A stretch of DNA of 64,000 bases from Betaproteobacteria bacterium (GTDB lineage: Bacteria; Pseudomonadota; Gammaproteobacteria; Burkholderiales; JAEUOS01), in assembly GCA_028292405.1 (NCBI GenBank), contig JAQGMJ010000083.1, forward strand, positions 4,464 to 68,463, given 5' to 3'. Position 1 is the stretch's first letter. Each line of letters begins with the position of its first letter. Of this stretch, positions 61,741 through 64,000 are shown in pieces. The notes beneath the pieces are model-generated. The model was not told the origin of the DNA and made no database searches. It saw nothing but the letters and a program-made list of their open reading frames with translations. The translations under genes were made by a program, and so were the position numbers.

Positions 61741-62169
61741 ATGAGCAGCAGCGTCGAAGGACTGGTACCGGGCTTGACCGGAAAAATCGAAATCGTCGTC
61801 GCCGAGGAGCACACCGCGCCGCATGTGGGCAGCGGCCAGGTGCACGTGCTGGCCACGCCGGTGCTGGTGAACCTGCTGGAGGCGGCGGCGCTGGAAGCGG
61901 CCGAACGCTTCGTGCCGGCCGGGCACCAGACCGTGGGCACGCGCCTGGACGTGCAGCACTTCGCCGCCACGCCGGTGGGCATGCACGTTGCCGCGCATGC
62001 CGAAGTGGTCGAGGTCAAGGGCCGCGTCATCACCTTCAAATTGTGGGCGGAAGACGAGGTCGAGGCTATCGGCGGCGGCACCCACGAGCGGGTGATCATC
62101 AACCTGGAACGCTTCGACGTGCGCATGCAGGACAAGATCAAGAACCACGTGCCCAGCGTCAAGCGCTAG
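61741..62169 (+). CDS. hotdog-fold thioesterase family protein (fluoroacetyl-CoA thioesterase-like)
   Basis: VAEEHTAPHVGSGQVHVLATPVLVNLLEAAA...GTHERVII pattern. GAGGG lies 5 nt before the ATG at 61741. ORF 61681 is an alternative start. Confidence 0.75.
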   Translation: MSSSVEGLVPGLTGKIEIVVAEEHTAPHVGSGQVHVLATPVLVNLLEAAALEAAERFVPAGHQTVGTRLDVQHFAATPVGMHVAAHAEVVEVKGRVITFKLWAEDEVEAIGGGTHERVIINLERFDVRMQDKIKNHVPSVKR

Positions 62170-62239
62170 CCCGTTACAAAGACCCGACGAAAGCCCGACG
62201 AAAACCCGGCGCGCACTCGACGAAAGCCCGCGTGGCTAC

Positions 62240-62965
62240 TCAGCGCCCGCCGGCCGCTTCCAGCAAACGTACCATCTCGCGGTAGCCGTGGCGCCGCGCA
62301 TGCGCCAGCGGCGTTACCCCGTCGCGGTCCGCCAGGTTCACCTGCGCACCATGGGCCAGCAATTCGCGCACGATTTCGGTATGCGTCTTGCCGCCGTCGC
62401 CGAGGATGATGGCTTCGAGCAGGGCGGTCCAGCCCAGCTTGTTGACGTGGTTGACGTCGATTTTGGTCTTCAGCAGCTCCTGCACCGTTTCCAGGTGGCC
62501 GTGGTGGCAGGCGGGAATCAGCGCGGTGCCGCCGTAGCGGTTGCGGCTTTTCAGGTCGGCGCCGCGGGCCACGCACATTTTCAGGATCTCCTGGAAGCCG
62601 CTGGCGCCCGCGAGCAAAAACGGGCTGTCCTCGATGCTGTCCTGCGCGTTGACGTCCGACCCTTTGTCGATCAGCAGGCGCGCCGCCTCAACATGGTTGC
62701 CCTGCGTCGCGGCCATCAGCGCGGTGCGGCGGCGGCCATCGCGCGCGGTGACGCCGGCGCCGCCATCGAGCAGGCGCTTCACCGCGGCGGCATCGCCGCC
62801 TTCGGCGGCGCGGATCAGGTCGAGATCGGCGGTGCTTTGTGCGTGCATGGGAAAGGCCCAGAGGGCGGCCAGCGCCGCGAGCAGGCTGCGGCGCCTGGGG
62901 ACGAGAGGTGTGAAGTTATCGGCCAAGGCAGGGAGTGCGGGTTCGCGGTTCCTTAAGCCTAGCAT
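62240..62965 (-). CDS. exported ankyrin-repeat protein
   Basis: Signal peptide, then 5-6 ANK repeats (GRTALMAATQGNHVEAARLLIDKGSDVNAQD, and others). ATG at 62965. Confidence 0.85.
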   Translation of the reverse strand: MLGLRNREPALPALADNFTPLVPRRRSLLAALAALWAFPMHAQSTADLDLIRAAEGGDAAAVKRLLDGGAGVTARDGRRRTALMAATQGNHVEAARLLIDKGSDVNAQDSIEDSPFLLAGASGFQEILKMCVARGADLKSRNRYGGTALIPACHHGHLETVQELLKTKIDVNHVNKLGWTALLEAIILGDGGKTHTEIVRELLAHGAQVNLADRDGVTPLAHARRHGYREMVRLLEAAGGR

Positions 62966-62982
62966 CTTCGCGCCGCCTTGCC

Positions 62983-63948
62983 TCACTCCGCCTTCGCGCC
63001 CGATAGCTTGATCACCTTTGCCCACGTCACGATGTCTTCGCGGTACAGCGCGGCCATTTGCGCCGGCGTATTGCTCTTCGGCTCGTAGCCCATGTCCACC
63101 AGTTGCTTGTTCACGTCCGGTGCCTTCACCGCCTCGGCGATCGCGTTGTTGAGTTTGGCGATGGCCGCGGGCGGCGTGCCGGCAGGTGCGAACATGGCGT
63201 ACCAGGTGCGCGACTCGTAACCCTTCACCGTTTCGCCCACCGTCGGCACGTCGGGCAGCACGGCGGCGCGAGTGGCGCTGGTCACCGCGATGGCGCGCAG
63301 CTTGCCGGCGCGAATTTGCGCCAGCACCGTGCCGATGTTCGACACCAGCACCTGCACGTCGCCCGCCAGCACGGCGGCCACCGCCGGGCCGCTGCCCTTG
63401 TAGGGCACGTGCACCATGTCGATGCCGGCCTGCTTTTTCAGCAGTTCGATTGCCAGGTGCGGCGTGCTGCCAGGGCCGGCCGAGCCGAAATTGAGGGTGC
63501 CCGGCTTGGCCTTGGCCAGGGCGATCAATTCATTGACGTTGTGCGCAGGCACTGAGGGATGCACGACCAATGCGCTGGGCGTATCGGCGACCAGGCCGAC
63601 GGTGGTCAGGTCCTTCACCGGGTCGAAACTGAGCTTGTCGTAGAGCGTGGCGGAAATCGGCAGCGAGTTGTTCGCCAGCAGCACGGTATAGCCGTCCGGC
63701 GCAGCCTTCGCGACCGCCTCTGCGCCGATGTTGCCGTTGGCGCCGCCGCGATTGTCGATCACGATGGTCTGGCCGAGGATCTCGGTGAGCTTTTTGCCGA
63801 AGGGGCGCATCAGCACGTCGCCGCCGCCACCGGGCGGGAAGGGCACGACGATGCGGATGGCGTGGTTCGGGTAGTCCTGGGCGTGCGCCAGGCCGGGAAG
63901 CGCAGCGAAGGCGCAGGCGGCAAGGGCGCGGGTCAGATGGAATTTCAT
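62983..63948 (-). CDS. Bug/TctC family substrate-binding protein
   Basis: Signal peptide followed by YPNHAIRIVVPFPPGGGGD. Confidence 0.88.
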   Translation of the reverse strand: MKFHLTRALAACAFAALPGLAHAQDYPNHAIRIVVPFPPGGGGDVLMRPFGKKLTEILGQTIVIDNRGGANGNIGAEAVAKAAPDGYTVLLANNSLPISATLYDKLSFDPVKDLTTVGLVADTPSALVVHPSVPAHNVNELIALAKAKPGTLNFGSAGPGSTPHLAIELLKKQAGIDMVHVPYKGSGPAVAAVLAGDVQVLVSNIGTVLAQIRAGKLRAIAVTSATRAAVLPDVPTVGETVKGYESRTWYAMFAPAGTPPAAIAKLNNAIAEAVKAPDVNKQLVDMGYEPKSNTPAQMAALYREDIVTWAKVIKLSGAKAE

Positions 63949-64000
63949 GGTTGGTCTCCTCCTGTTTGTTTGCGGCCCGGTTTACACCGGGTCGAAGCCG

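Noticed and set aside
63982-64000. The last 6 codons and stop of another minus-strand gene at the window edge.
   Set aside because: It is too short to identify or support as a feature.

Overview
This is a clearly high-GC chromosomal segment with betaproteobacterial (Burkholderiales-like) gene content and synteny. I call about 62 protein-coding genes and one tRNA-Leu(CAA). I recognised no rRNA, CRISPR array, cas gene, IS/transposase, integrase or classical transcription-factor gene.

Most of the window is core metabolism in conserved blocks:
- trpB(partial)-trpA-accD-folC-SPOR protein-cvpA-purF, then metZ.
- lpxH-ppiB-ppiA-L,D-transpeptidase-TPR protein, divergent from cysS.
- ilvI-ilvH-ilvC-lipoprotein-psd-pssA.
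- pyrF, msrA, queA, a thiolase and a class I fumarase.

Accessory content:
- A 10-gene minus-strand operon (9.1-17.4 kb): split chromate-transporter pair, two Bug/TctC binding proteins, an isopropylmalate/tartrate-dehydrogenase-family enzyme, a class II aldolase, a SucCD-like CoA ligase and an acyl-CoA dehydrogenase.
- Six orphan Bug/TctC solute-binding genes in total, with no TctA/TctB membrane components in the window.
- A redox operon wrbA-DUF2069-SDR-FAD oxidase-Ldh_2-HNH.
- A PAS/GAF-GGDEF-EAL protein, plus Sel1-repeat and ankyrin-repeat exported proteins.

The best candidate for something new is a small islet at about 18.3-20.7 kb. It contains a textbook LexA (SOS) box in front of an unrecognisable 116-aa ORF. 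A low-GC spacer with mini-ORFs follows. Then comes an orphan phage small-terminase (TerS, P27/Terminase_2-like) gene whose 3' half is built from repeats. The islet is bracketed by REP-like elements. This is a hypothesis, not a demonstrated system.

Other sequence-level oddities:
- A 39-nt bipartite promoter-like motif shared by the TerS upstream region and a 370-bp non-coding region after msrA.
- A perfect 48-bp duplication of the ilvC 3' end flanking a 103-bp palindromic insert.
- A family of CCGRCAAAAG...CTTTTGYCGG hairpins.
- An orphan intrinsic terminator in the metZ leader.

All calls come from reading the sequence and the ORF translations. No database search was run, so family names rest on recognised motifs and synteny.
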